From Candidatus Poribacteria bacterium (GTDB taxonomy: Bacteria; Poribacteria; WGA-4E; PCPOR2b), in the NCBI GenBank assembly GCA_965218095.1, contig OZ244587.1, positions 4,128,001 through 4,192,000 of the forward strand: DNA of 64,000 nucleotides. The letters are read 5' to 3'. Shown one piece after another: positions 51,386 through 63,147 of the stretch. The notes beneath the pieces are model-generated. The model did no database searches. It saw only the letters and a program-made list of their open reading frames with translations, and was not told the origin of the DNA. The position numbers were made by a program, and so were the translations under genes. The first letter of the stretch is position 1. Every line of letters begins with the position of its first letter.

Positions 51386-52333
51386 ATGGGTATATTGCGA
51401 TCCACCCGAGATGAAGATCTCACCCAATTAAGCGAGTCTGCTACGCGAGACTGCAAGCACCTGCTTGATGATGTCTTCCGCCGCAGTCGTGGCGTGACCG
51501 ACCAGCATATCTTCACGGACTTTCCACTGGTGTTTGCGCCCGCGAATCACCGCAACTGTCGCATCATGGTCGAAGATGGGATGGTTGTTAGCCACGCAGC
51601 ACTATGGGAGCGCGAGTTGGTGGTAGACGATGCGCGGCTGAAAGTCGGCGAGATTGTCGTCGTTGCCACGCACCCCGATTACCGCCTGCGCGGCTATGCC
51701 GCTTCGTTGATGCGCGACTTGCAGGCGACAATGCACGATGAGAATTACGACATGGGCATCCTGTGGACGGGCGTGCCTGATTTCTACCGTAAACAGGACT
51801 AGGAAGTTGTCACACCGCGCGGGTGGGTTGTCGAAATGGATGGCGTCCAATTGCCGAGGGGGGAAGATGTTATCAGCCGTTATGACGAGGTGTGGCACTT
51901 AGATGGGGTCATTGCTCTCCACGAGCAAGAGCCGGTCAGATTTTCACGAAGTCAAGACGAAGCCGTGGCGCTACTTGCTTTGCCAAAGATAGACGTTTGG
52001 GTGACTACCCACAACGGAGAAATTGTCGCGTATCTGGTTCGTGGTGAAGCGGTGAACAAACGCGGCATCATCGAGTATAGCGGCGAGGTAAACAGCATCC
52101 TCGCACTCATTGCCCACGTTCTCAAACAGCAACCATCAACCGCCAATACACGTCTCCTCGCTTATCACATCCGCCCAGATCTCATTGCGCGACTCCGTGC
52201 GTTAGGCGCAAGAATGCGACCGCTCGCAGGCTCAAAGGGTGATGGCAGCGAGATGATTTACGTTGTCAATCCCTCGCGGGTGACACCGCACGTGCGTGAG
52301 CAATTATTTGTCTGGGGATTAGACCACGCCTAG
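51386..52333 (+). pseudogene. GNAT acetyltransferase with in-frame TAG at 51800-51802
   Basis: VATHPDYRLRGYA, FYRKQD*EV (W expected); both ORFs share a frame. Confidence 0.8.
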
Positions 52334-52486
52334 AATTCATTTCGATTGTAAAACAGGACTTGACACTAACACACTTGTACGGCAAAATGGCAAATCAAAA
52401 AACGTAAAGCCGTAAAACGTTTCAACCCAATTCGATAAAAGCCACCGTTGCCTTCATGTTTGGCAATAGATACAGGAGTCCATAGA

Positions 52487-53344
52487 ATGAAGAGTTTTCA
52501 AGAGTTCAAAATTGGTAATGGGAGTATAATCAAGGGAGATTGTCTTTCGGTAATGAGGGCATTGCCTGACAATCACTTCATACTTGGATTTACGTCCCCA
52601 CCTTACCTGAATGCAATCAACTACGATGAACATATTGAAAAACTTCAAGGCGCAAGAGATCGATGGGAAAGGGAAGATATCTCTTACGATGAATATAGGA
52701 TTTTCCTCGTCGAGCGGTTCGAAGAGCTATTAAGAATCACCAGGCCAGGGGGGCACAACGTGGTGAATATTGCACCTGTCTCTTGGAATGGTAGGCGGAC
52801 AGCACTTCCGTTTCATTTTGTGGCTTGGCTCGAGCAGATTGGCTGGAAATTTAAGGAAGATATTATCTGGGAAAAGCCAATTGCGAGGGATAGGCGGTCA
52901 GGCGTTTTATTGCAGCACCCTTACCCCGGCTACTACTACCCAAGCTTGGTTGCTGAGTATATTTTTGTTTTCCAAAAGCCTGCGGATAAGAAAAGTCAAA
53001 ATAACATTTATTGGAGCAGAAGTGAAGCGGAAAAAGAAAATAACAGAATTGATATATCGGACTATCAGGGTGAAAAAAGTAAAAACGTCTGGAGAATTCG
53101 TCCGTTAGCCCCTCAAGAGAATCAGCATCCGTGTCCATTTCCCGTGGAGCTCGCTGAGAGGGTTATTCAGTTTTACTCTTATGAGGGTGATTATGTCATT
53201 GATGTATTTACAGGTAGTGGGCAGACAAATTGTGCCGCAGAAAGGCTTGGCAGGAAACACTTGGGAATTGAAACGCAACAGAAATATGTTGATTGTTCAA
53301 TTGACCAACTTAACCAGATTGTCGCACAATATCAACTGTTTTAA
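52487..53344 (+). CDS. Beta-class N4/N6 DNA methyltransferase
   Basis: FTSPPY precedes HPCPFP and DVFTGSG; RBS AGGAG. Confidence 0.9.
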   Translation: MKSFQEFKIGNGSIIKGDCLSVMRALPDNHFILGFTSPPYLNAINYDEHIEKLQGARDRWEREDISYDEYRIFLVERFEELLRITRPGGHNVVNIAPVSWNGRRTALPFHFVAWLEQIGWKFKEDIIWEKPIARDRRSGVLLQHPYPGYYYPSLVAEYIFVFQKPADKKSQNNIYWSRSEAEKENNRIDISDYQGEKSKNVWRIRPLAPQENQHPCPFPVELAERVIQFYSYEGDYVIDVFTGSGQTNCAAERLGRKHLGIETQQKYVDCSIDQLNQIVAQYQLF

Positions 53345-53371
53345 TTTGTGATAGACGTGAAAGGTGATTCG

Positions 53372-54434
53372 ATGGATATTTTTGCAGACATTATAAGGGG
53401 TCAAATACACCCCGCTTTTATGCAAAAGCCTCGATATTTTTAACGCCGACGAGATTGATAAAGCACTTTCAACAAAGGCAACTTTCATACTAAAAGTCAG
53501 TCCAGAACATCAAATCGCTGTGAGTTGGTGGGTTTCTCCGAAAAGAACAAGATCCTACCCCTACACAAGGGTTTATGATACCCTTAACTTTTCCGGGAAG
53601 AAAATCATGATAATACCCATTTTGAAGGACGAAGGTAAAGAAGGAGATAGAGATTTCCTACAGTGGGATACTATCTCTTTAATGAGCTTATTGGGAGGCT
53701 ATGTGATTATCACGTATTACGCTGATGCCTCAAAGAGTACGAGATACAAGCATAAAATAACCAATCAAAGGTTTGATCCGGAGGAGATAAAAAGTAGGAT
53801 TGAGGAACTTTTGTCTTATCAGTCTGATGCTCTGCATTGGAACTTATCTGAGGTAAAGCATGTCGGCGAAATTGGTCAGAGAGCGTTGAGGGCTTATACA
53901 TATATTTCAGAAAAGCTGAATGTTGAGATGCACTCATGGAAATCCGCTGAAAAAAGAATCAATCTCCTTCTTGGCGACAAAGCCGAATTTATAATCCTAT
54001 CAAGGAATTTAGCCCAGGAGGCACAGAAAAGAGAGCGACTTACGACTCAACCGAAAGAGCATCTAACTGGAATTAAGGGTACGCTTACTATCAAGAACTA
54101 TCTTGGTGGTTATTACTACTTGACTTGTGATGAGATTGAAATTCATGGAGATGAAATATATCTCATAGAAGGAAAACATACGAGAACAAGCAAACTGCCA
54201 TCTCTTACAGATATAAAAGATGGATTACTGAGAATGATACTCTTTACAAATCTGGAGAACCTGAGAGTTGACGAGGTAAATTACAATCCCGTGCCAATTC
54301 TGAAACTGACAACAGGTGATGGCTTCAATATCAAATCGCTCAACCGTTCTCAGGAACGCCTTCTTACGGATTTAAAGAAAGAAGCAGAAACCAATGGATT
54401 TCGGGTGATGATCAATGATGCGTTTTATATATAA
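53372..54434 (+). pseudogene. Putative type II restriction endonuclease with a 5' frameshift (open frame from 53520)
   Basis: Follows the MTase; CDE...IEGK PD-(D/E)xK-like motif; ATG 53372 is out of frame with GVKYTPLL...WWVSPKRTRSYPY by one base near 53392. Confidence 0.65.
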
Positions 54435-54457
54435 TCGTAACCCAAGTTGCTAGTAAT

Positions 54458-55568
54458 TGAGGGGTGTGCATAAATATAGTTGACATAATCAAGCCAAAAG
54501 GGTTTCCTATTGTTATCATAGCAAAAGGAGCCCCAATATGGTACAAAGACCAATGTTGGCTGATTATGTCACTCTTATTATGCAACTCTTTGAGCAGTTT
54601 ATGCAACACCGTATTGACAAACCAGGTGTCACACACGCAAAACCATTGACATATTCAACCACCTCGTTTATCATTTTCTTCATGTTGATGCAGTTTCACG
54701 GCATCTATGGCTTCAAAACGCAATGGCGGTGGCTAATCAATCACCCAGAAGTGTTACAAATGCTGGGGTGGCAACAGCCCCCTCATCGAACCACGATTGC
54801 ACGTCGCTATAAGGCATTATATGAAGTGATAGAGGCATTTGTATTGTTTATCGGTCAGTATGCCACTGACTTGTCCCAACAATTCAACTTGGCTCATCTG
54901 GTAGCCGACAAAAGTTTATTTAAGGCACGAGGACCCGTCTGGCATCAAACTGACCGCAAAGCAGGAAAAGCACCTAAACATCTACGCAACCTCGACACCG
55001 ATGCCACGTGGAGCAAGAGTGGTTATCATGGCTGGGTCTATGGCTACGGACTTCACATTATCTGCACACAAGGTGCGTTCCCAACACTGATAACTGTGCA
55101 CCGTGCGTCGGTCTCCGAAAGTTGGGCGATAGATGCTAAAGCGTCTGAGATTCTGACACAACTTTCACCGCAGACACTCACTGCCGATGATGCCTATACC
55201 CAAGCAGACCGTATCCGTCGTTGGGCGAAGGCACAAGTCGCTTTGATTACCCCGGCACTTAGATGGACAAAGGGACGGTTTGCCAAGGCGTATCATCGAT
55301 TTATCAACCAACCCAAGCAGCGTCTCTGTTTAAGCAAACGTCGCAGTTCGGTTGAACCGTTGTTTGACTTGATTGCTAAAGTGATAGGCACCACTCCTCA
55401 ACAGAAGCAGTTACCGGTCAAGGGGTTTTTCAATGTACGCTGTTGTTTAGCTATCGGGGTGTTATCAGTGCAAGTGGCTATGATTGCCAATGCCATATGG
55501 AAGTTACCTGCTCGCAATATCTCTCATATGGCGGCTGTTTTCCAATGAACTACTATGCACACCCCTCA
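54458..55568 (+). mobile_element. DDE insertion sequence with intact transposase 54538-55548, inserted in an IS982-type end
   Basis: 15-bp IR TGAGGGGTGTGCATA; 6-bp TSD agtaat; motifs VADKS, WVYGYGLH, ADDAY, RRSSVE. Confidence 0.85.
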
Positions 55569-55656
55569 AGTAATTACGCAATAAGTAGTTTTGGACTTGG
55601 GAAAAGTTTTGGAAGTTTATCAGAGAACCTATACGATTCTAATTGGAGGGTAGGCA

Positions 55657-58600
55657 ATGAGAACAAAATTTTCCGATGAAGAACGTCTTTGTTTCTATAA
55701 TGCTATCGTTTATCTTGATGACAAGGGTGAGTTTGTAACCGTTGATAAAAGTAATGATACTTTGACTTACAATGAAGGAAAAATAGAGAGTGCAGAAAAA
55801 ATATCGGGCATCCCTAATGATGAAGAACTGACCCGATGCTTGATATTGCTTAACCTCATAAAGAACTATAACCACAAGCCTGAAAGAATTAAGATTGAAG
55901 ATCGCTTCAAAATTGGCGGGAGAGACTCGAATTGGGCAAAAGCCGTAGAAACTGATATTATCATCAAGAATGAACAGGGCGAAATTGATATAGTTTGTGA
56001 GGTAAAGCGCGTCCACAACTATAAAGGTGTGGACGATACTTCTATCGAAAAACAGTTATTTGACCCATATAATGGCGTTGTAAAATACAATTCAGCGAAG
56101 TATCTCTTCTTTTTGTCTGTTGATGTTCCCCTTAGTAAAGACCAGTTTCCATTAAATTGTATCGGGATTGATACTAGCATATCAAATACCTATGCCAAGT
56201 GGACAAAGCAAGGCAGAACACCGCATCTTGTTGATATTGTTCGACCTGATGAGAAACCAGTTATTCAGGATGTTTTCGTCAAGCTTTCTGGCGATAAGGA
56301 AAATTTACAGGAGAACTACAAAGACTAAAGTGGACCCATTGTCGAGGCCAAAATACAGGAAAAATAAGTAAGATATTTGAGATAAACTGACACTGCTTTA
56401 GCTCAGATAGACCTCAGCCGGGGTAGCATAATTTAGACTCTGGTGAGGTCGCTGTTGATTATAGAAACGGATATATTGAGTTAATCCATCAAACAGGGCT
56501 TGCCCTGTTTGGTAAAGTTTGTGATAAACATCTTCATACTTGACGCTTCGCCAAAACCGCTCAATGTAAATGTTGTCAATGGCTCTCCCCACGCTGTCCA
56601 TACTCATAGCAATACCATCGGCTTCGACCGTATCGGTGAAAGCATTGGCTGTAAACTGGACACCTTGGTCAGTATTGAAGATGATGGGGGTTGCCCCAGA
56701 TAATGCGTGATGCAAAGCGTCGAGACAGAACTGCCCTGATAGACTATTGGATAACTCCCAAGTGATGACGTAACGACTATACCAGTCGAGTATCGCCACC
56801 AGATACATAAACCCTTTATCCATCGGGATATAGGTAATGTCAGCCGACCAGACCTCATTGGCAGCGGTCACCTCATAGTCCCGTAATAGGTATGGGTAAA
56901 TCCGATGCTCGCTGTTGATGGCTGAGGGTTTGGGATAAATCGCTTCTATACCCATCAAACGCATCAGTCGCTGGATGCGTTTGCGGTTCACACGGTAGCC
57001 AAGCCGCTTAAGATGTTGTGTCATTCGACGACTCCCATAGAAAGGGGTTTGCAGATAGTGCTCATCTATTTGTCTCATCAGATGCAGATTGTCTGCTGAC
57101 TCTGTAGCCGGTTGACAGTAGAGGGTTGACCGGGAAAAACCGAGTAATTCACACTGACGACGGATACTCAGTTTCAGGTGGTCGGGTTCAACGAGTGCCC
57201 GTCTCTGTTCAGCGGCTTGAGGCAGCTTTTTTTTTCAACCAGTCGAGTTCCATATTCAACCGCCCCATTTGCTCATACAGGCTCGACTCCCTGTCATTTT
57301 GCTCACGCTGTCGCTGGGTCGGGTTGGTAGCGAAAATATCGCTACCTTGTTCAAGCAACTGTTTCTTCCATTGGCTGATTTGGCTTGGGTGCAACTGATG
57401 CTCGCTTGCCAATTGGTTGATAGTTTTATCGGGCTTGATGGCTTCAACGGCTATTTGAAACTTGAATTTGGCAGTATGCCGAATCCGTTTGGTTGACATA
57501 TTCAGACCTCCATTGGTGGACGGGAGTTAGACGTTATTTCTTACTTAACTCCTGGCCCGAATATTGGGGACCATTATAGACTTAGACGATAATTTCGGGA
57601 TAGATATTCTTAGACGCACTTGGAGTAATCTTTGGGATTATATTTGGGGTGGAACGCTTGAAGATAACAAGAAATTTGAGAATTTTAACAAGGTTTTGCT
57701 TGCTAAAATTTATGATGAGCGAAAAACCAAGAGAGGTACAGCCTATCAGTTTCAACGAAAATTTAAAGGGGATGTTCCACAAACTGACGTAGAGCTCGCT
57801 AATGATGTTGACCTACTGTATCGACGAGCATTTCTAGAATATTTGTCGAAGGACAAGAATATAGAGCTAAAAGATGCAAAGGGCATCGACTTTAAGGAAT
57901 TTTCTCCTCACTTGGTTAGCAAATGCGTAGAATATTTATGTTCCCTTTCGTTTCAGAAGAGTCGATACCGAAACGTAGATGTATTAGGCGAGTTTTACGA
58001 GATGGTCATTAGGGAAGCATTTAAGCAGACAAAGGGGCTTTTCCTAACCCACCCGAATATCGTTTTGTTTATTCTCGCAGTGCTTGAAGTTGAAAAACTG
58101 GTCAGCGAGAAATTGGCAAATCCTGATGAAGACATTCGGTATAGGCTACCCTTTGTGGTAGACCCTAGTTGCGGTACTGGCACTTTCCTTGTGCATTATA
58201 TGAGGTATGTCCAGAAGTATGTAAATGAGAATCACAGAGCAATTTCGGCAGGGGATGACGATATAGCAGAATTTATCAAAAGCAATATGTCAGAGAGCAA
58301 TGCTTACAAGTGGGTAATAGATTATGTTTACGGAATTGACGATGAGCAAGTATTAGCTACGGCTTGTCAAATCAATATGATTCTTCATGGTGATGGTAGC
58401 ACTAATATCTATGGTACAGATGGGTTGGATAGTTTTGAGAATTATTCAAGACTGGAGGTTACGGGAGCGAATAATATCGTATCCTCAAACCCAAAAACTA
58501 GCAGAACATATTACCCGAAAAGCACTATTGACAAGTTTGATTTAGTCATTTCAAATCCACCGTTCAACGTTAACATTAACAGAGCTTCTATCCAGCAAAA

Positions 58601-59390
58601 CTTTAAGATTAGAGGAAAATCGGAGGCATATTTTCTCGAACGTTGGTATCAACTACTAAAACCTGGCGGAAGAATCGGAGTCGTTCTACCTGAAAGTTTC
58701 TTTTCTGTAGAGGACGATATTGACGGGAGGTTGTTTCTCTATAGGCATTTCAACATTAAAGCTATAGTATCCCTTCCGAATCATGCTTTTTCCCCTCACA
58801 CAACGACATCTACGAGCCTCTTATTTGCGAAAAAAAAGACCCAAGAGGAGGAGGAACAGTTTCAAGAATTGTGGGAAGAGTTTTCAACCTTATTTGATGA
58901 AAAATACAGCCATTTTGGCGGCATTCTGTCATCCCCAAGAAGCAGTATAAGTTTTGAACAGGCAGACATCGCACAGTCCGAAAGTATCAAGGATTTCTTA
59001 AGAAAAGCCGAAACATTCCTAGACGAGGAATTTGGGGAAAAGTTTGTAATTTTGCCGTACTTTTCGGATTCTTTCTTGTTTGATGCTACTAATTTTAGTC
59101 AGCTAAAGAAAAAGATAAAAGATACAGTCTCAGGTGTTAGAGAGAGATGGGTTTTATGGCACGTTGCCAAGAAAATTAAGAGCGAGTTTTACAATCTCTC
59201 TATTTCTGAAATCGGCTATAAAGCAGGTAAGAAAGGCTCAAAGGATAAACCTAACGAACTTATGGAAATACGGGACGACAACGCCGGGCAAATTTACAAC
59301 CTAAAGTATGCACACTCTTGGCGTAGAATTAATGCGCTAAATGAGAGCACGGCTCTAGGACAACTCAAGAGGTTAAAGCTATGGCAATAA
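55657..59390 (+). pseudogene. Type IIG/I-like fused endonuclease-N6 methyltransferase split by IS3
   Basis: N part with ETDIII...CEVK; C part with DPSCGTG and SNPPF; removing the IS and one GAC restores ENYKD-LDDNFG in frame. Confidence 0.85.
56326..57578 (-). mobile_element. IS3-family element (orfA 57209-57499, orfB to 56398)
   Basis: A9G slippery site at 57226-57235; WSADITY, NTDQG, DN..IERFW; imperfect IRs; 3-bp TSD GAC. Confidence 0.92.
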
Positions 59391-60124
59391 TAATAGAGCA
59401 GAATTCACTTGACCATCTAGCTAGGTTCTCACCAGTCAGGTGTGACACACACTTCAAGCACAATATTAAGCAAGCCGCGAGTTTTTTTTCTGACACCAGA
59501 ATTACTTGGTCTACTCTCGGTTCAGTCTTGGAAGAAGTACGAAATGGCATGAATGTTAAGACCGATTACTACTCTATGGAGGAAACTAGCACGCTCTATC
59601 TGTCGGTCTCCCAAATCAAAGAATATGGTCTGATAGATAAAAATCAAAACTATTTGACCGATGAAGTCAAAGACCTAAAAAGTTACTTTGAACTAGAACC
59701 GAACATGCTTCTAGTCACAAGGTCAGGTACTATTGGCGTGGCACTATCCACAAATCATCCGTCCTTTAACTTTGACGAATACACCTATGTTGCCTCTGGT
59801 TTCGTAATAACCGCCAAAGTTAAGGAAGGGTTCTCAGCAAACACAATAGCAGGCTATATTAACTTGTTTGATATTCAGAAATACCTCACGGCTATGGCGG
59901 CGGGTGCATGCCAAAAGAACATCGCACAACCCATTGTAAATAATCTACCAATTCCAGAGCACCTATTGAACGGCGCAACTGAAGTAGAACAGTGTTTCAC
60001 GGAGTACGAAGATAAAAGCCGAGAGATACTTGAGTCTATAGCCTTACTAGAGAAAAAACTCTCTGAATTGAAGTCTGAGGTATCAAACTCGGTAAAAAGT
60101 AGGATAACTAACTTTTATAAGTAA
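59381..60124 (+). CDS. HsdS-like specificity subunit (single TRD)
   Basis: Overlaps the MTase stop; LLVTRSGTIG, GACQKNI...LPIP, C-terminal coiled helix. Confidence 0.75.
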   Translation: MAIIIEQNSLDHLARFSPVRCDTHFKHNIKQAASFFSDTRITWSTLGSVLEEVRNGMNVKTDYYSMEETSTLYLSVSQIKEYGLIDKNQNYLTDEVKDLKSYFELEPNMLLVTRSGTIGVALSTNHPSFNFDEYTYVASGFVITAKVKEGFSANTIAGYINLFDIQKYLTAMAAGACQKNIAQPIVNNLPIPEHLLNGATEVEQCFTEYEDKSREILESIALLEKKLSELKSEVSNSVKSRITNFYK

Positions 60125-60216
60125 AAGAAAAACTTTCATGTCGTGTTCTTTATTAAGTCCAAAAGTACTTATTGCGATTAATTATTACCAAAACTGTTGA
60201 ATCAAGGAGTGGAAGC

Positions 60217-61065
60217 ATGTCAGCATCAGTCCAACGCGGAACTGAGTTCACGATCAACGTTCGCTATTACTGTCGTCAAACGGTATTTCCCAAAGATCCC
60301 GTCCCTGCCCGGGGGTTTCGGGGACATGTCGAGAAACCCCTCCTCCTGAGAGCTGACGATACTGTAATTGCTTGCATGCATGTGCTGAATGTCGGCTTCC
60401 CGGGAGGAATCGACTGGTCCGAGGGTTCACCCGCATGGCAAACCTACAGCGCGGTTGAGAGTGTACCCCGCATGAAGGAAATTGTGGAAGAGCACCTCGC
60501 GCCCTTGATTGAAGCGGCACACCGTGTGGGCATACGCGTGATTCATTTGCTGTCCGGCGTGGAGTCCTCGAAAAATTACCCGCAGTGGCGAGAAATCGCA
60601 TCCCGAGTCGAAGAGGATGAAAAACCCGCATTACCGGTCGGCCCAAACAGAGATTGGCGTCAAGAGTTCTTAACGGACGTGTTCGGGCCAGGCTTTGCAC
60701 ATGGCTCAAATGAACTGGAGTCGCTCCTGGATGTGGTGCCCCCGGTGAAACCCACACCAGAAGATTGGGTCGTCACAACGACTCAGCAGGCAACGACCCT
60801 CTTAAGCGAAAACGGAATCGGCAATATCCTTTATACCGGGTTTGACACCGGCGGCTGTCTGATGATATCTCCGGGCGGCTTGCGGCCAATGGCCGGACCG
60901 TTGAAATACCGGACTATCGTCCTGCGTGACTGTACGACGAACGGGGAAACCGCCGAAACCGTAGAGAACCTGGAAATTACGAAGGCGTCGTTGTACCAGA
61001 TCGAAATGTTCCGAGGCTACACCGCCCTCGGAGCTCATGTGCGTGAGGTCTTGAACCGTTTGTGA
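60217..61065 (+). CDS. Isochorismatase-like cysteine hydrolase
   Basis: ILYTGFDTGGCL, IVLRDCT; RBS AAGGAG. Confidence 0.7.
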   Translation: MSASVQRGTEFTINVRYYCRQTVFPKDPVPARGFRGHVEKPLLLRADDTVIACMHVLNVGFPGGIDWSEGSPAWQTYSAVESVPRMKEIVEEHLAPLIEAAHRVGIRVIHLLSGVESSKNYPQWREIASRVEEDEKPALPVGPNRDWRQEFLTDVFGPGFAHGSNELESLLDVVPPVKPTPEDWVVTTTQQATTLLSENGIGNILYTGFDTGGCLMISPGGLRPMAGPLKYRTIVLRDCTTNGETAETVENLEITKASLYQIEMFRGYTALGAHVREVLNRL

Positions 61066-61083
61066 AAGGAGGTGCCCTAAGCC

Positions 61084-62508
61084 ATGACAAAGAGCAAAAT
61101 CAATGACACATACGAGTACGTCACCGAGCAGCGTCGAACGCCGGTGGCGCGCGAGGTGGACGTTCTGGTCGCAGGCGGCGGCATTGCGGGCTGCTTCGCA
61201 GCGATCACCGCGGCACGGATGGGGGCCCGAACCATGGTGGTTGACCGTTTCGGACAGCTCGGTGGAAACATGGGCCCAGGGCTCATCGCCGGAGGAACCC
61301 TGGCGTACTTCGGTTCCATCGTCGGCGGGCCGCCGGCGCTGACAAAGGAGTTCCTCCGGCGCGTGGCCGGTCTGCGCGGCCACAGCCGTGGCAACGTGCA
61401 CAAAGCGAGCGCCGCCTCCTATGTCGCCACGAAAATGCTCGTTGACGCCGACGCAGAGATCACGCTCTCGACCTTCCTTTGCGATCCCATAGTCTCCGAT
61501 GGCACGGTGAAAGGCGCATTCATCGAGAACAAGTCGGGCCGGCAGGCAATCCTGTCGAAAACGGTGCTGGAGGCCTCCGGGGAGGCCGACGTAGCCGCCC
61601 GGGCCGGCGCACCCATGTTTCGCGCGCCCGACGTCGTCTCCCAGGACATCCTCGACGCGATGGAGAAGCTCAAACCTCAATTTCCAAAATGGAGTGGAGC
61701 TGAACTGTCGCGCTTCTGTGGGCTTCCATCCCTGGGCTGTGGCTATCAGGTCGCCGGTATAGAGGGGGCACGCGCCAGGGAGTTTCTTGACAGCGGCGAA
61801 AATGATCTCGGGGCCGATCCGTTCCAACAGGAACGGGAAATTGACGGCCTCGGGGTGGTCTACTTCAGCCCCTCCCCCAGCCAAATCGCCGCGGGATGCG
61901 GCGCCGAGAGCAAACTCCTGCAGGGGAGACTGGAGGTCAAGAATGAGACGGAGGTCGGAAAGGTGAAGATAGACACCGGAAACGGCGACCACATCTCCAA
62001 GCTTGAGCTGCACGCTCGCCTCTACATGTTCGAGGTGGTGGAACAGCTTCGTACCTCGGTTCCGGGATTTGAAAAAGCGTACCTGGCACAGCTTGGACCG
62101 TACCTGCACTGCCGGGGCGGCACGTGCATTGATGGCGAGCATTTCGTCACAGCCATCGACATGCTCAATCGCAGCCACTTCGACGACGTTATTTTCGTCC
62201 CAGCGCTGGTTGATGACCATGGCAGGCAGATCGGGCCGAATTGCGACGCGCCGTATCGTTCGATGGTCCCGAAGGGATTGGACGGGCTTCTGGCGATAGG
62301 CCGAAGCGCCTCGCACCGCCGGTTACTGCGGACAAGACCCAACGCCATGTTGTATGGAATTGCCGCAGGCGCAGCAGCAGCAATAGCGGCGCAGGACGAC
62401 ACGACAGCCAGGACCGTGGACATGAAGACGCTGCAAAGGTATTTGCTCGACGCCAGAGTGTTTCTCGGCGACGCTTCACGACTGGAGGCACTTGGCCTCA
62501 CCTCGTAG
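61084..62508 (+). CDS. FAD-dependent oxidoreductase
   Basis: DVLVAGGGIAG, LGGN, EASGEADVA, PYRSMVPK..DGLL..GR. Confidence 0.9.
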   Translation: MTKSKINDTYEYVTEQRRTPVAREVDVLVAGGGIAGCFAAITAARMGARTMVVDRFGQLGGNMGPGLIAGGTLAYFGSIVGGPPALTKEFLRRVAGLRGHSRGNVHKASAASYVATKMLVDADAEITLSTFLCDPIVSDGTVKGAFIENKSGRQAILSKTVLEASGEADVAARAGAPMFRAPDVVSQDILDAMEKLKPQFPKWSGAELSRFCGLPSLGCGYQVAGIEGARAREFLDSGENDLGADPFQQEREIDGLGVVYFSPSPSQIAAGCGAESKLLQGRLEVKNETEVGKVKIDTGNGDHISKLELHARLYMFEVVEQLRTSVPGFEKAYLAQLGPYLHCRGGTCIDGEHFVTAIDMLNRSHFDDVIFVPALVDDHGRQIGPNCDAPYRSMVPKGLDGLLAIGRSASHRRLLRTRPNAMLYGIAAGAAAAIAAQDDTTARTVDMKTLQRYLLDARVFLGDASRLEALGLTS

Positions 62509-62618
62509 CCGAAGTCGTCAGAATAGCGTTGATCCGACCGGTTTTAGGTGTCACGACTTGGGGCGATAGGTGACCGAAGAATCGCGTTTCCAGGTTCATC
62601 ACACCCTTCTCAATGAGA

Positions 62619-62965
62619 TATGACTCGAACAAATCTGTCAATACCACAGAGGGGTGGCAAACGGCGAAACCTTCGGGGAGTTCTCTGCTCGGGTTGCGGC
62701 TTTCTGCGATAAGATTGTCCAGAGTCACCTCAGCGATCGTATCGTGGTTATCGCTCATGCCGGGACGATCGATGCAGCCATTCGCTGGTCTGTCGGCCTT
62801 ACGCCGGCAAGCCCGTGGCAACACGAGTTTGATCTTGCTAACGGCTCAATCACAGAGCTGGAGTTTTGGCCTCAAGGTCATGTCCCGGGTGGGGCGCCTC
62901 GCTACGCTGTCCTGCGTTGTGTCGGCGACGTGGCGCACTTGGGCGATTTAATCAGCGATCTTTAG
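62619..62965 (+). pseudogene. Histidine phosphatase C-terminal remnant
   Basis: GETFGEFSARV...VVIAHAGTI...NGSIT; the N-terminal RHG motif is missing. Confidence 0.7.
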
Positions 62966-62979
62966 TGTCAGTCTAGTTC

Positions 62980-63010
62980 GTAGATTGGGCTGAGGAACGA
63001 AACCCAATAC
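62980..63010 (+). repeat. GTAG-type REP-like palindrome
   Basis: GTAGATTGGGCTGAGGAACGAAACCCAAT. Confidence 0.55.
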
Positions 63011-63147
63011 CCAGCTTTCACCTAACAAGCCGTTGCAGTTCACGTCTGAGCAAGCCAAGAATAAGAAGATTGAGGTCAAAAAGGAACTTTTCCGGGAGGC
63101 GGCTCTAACAGAGGCACTACCACAATCAGAAGAATCAGGAGGGCAAG

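Noticed and set aside
23038-51802. Amber (TAG) reassignment or pyrrolysine as the explanation for in-frame stops
   Set aside because: Expected residues differ between sites (W, Y, S, probably Q/E); TAG ends intact genes here (3769, 17429, 44838, 62508); the same genes carry other lesions.
60802-62316. 504-aa minus-strand ORF
   Set aside because: Antisense shadow of the GC-rich FAD oxidoreductase; no motifs.
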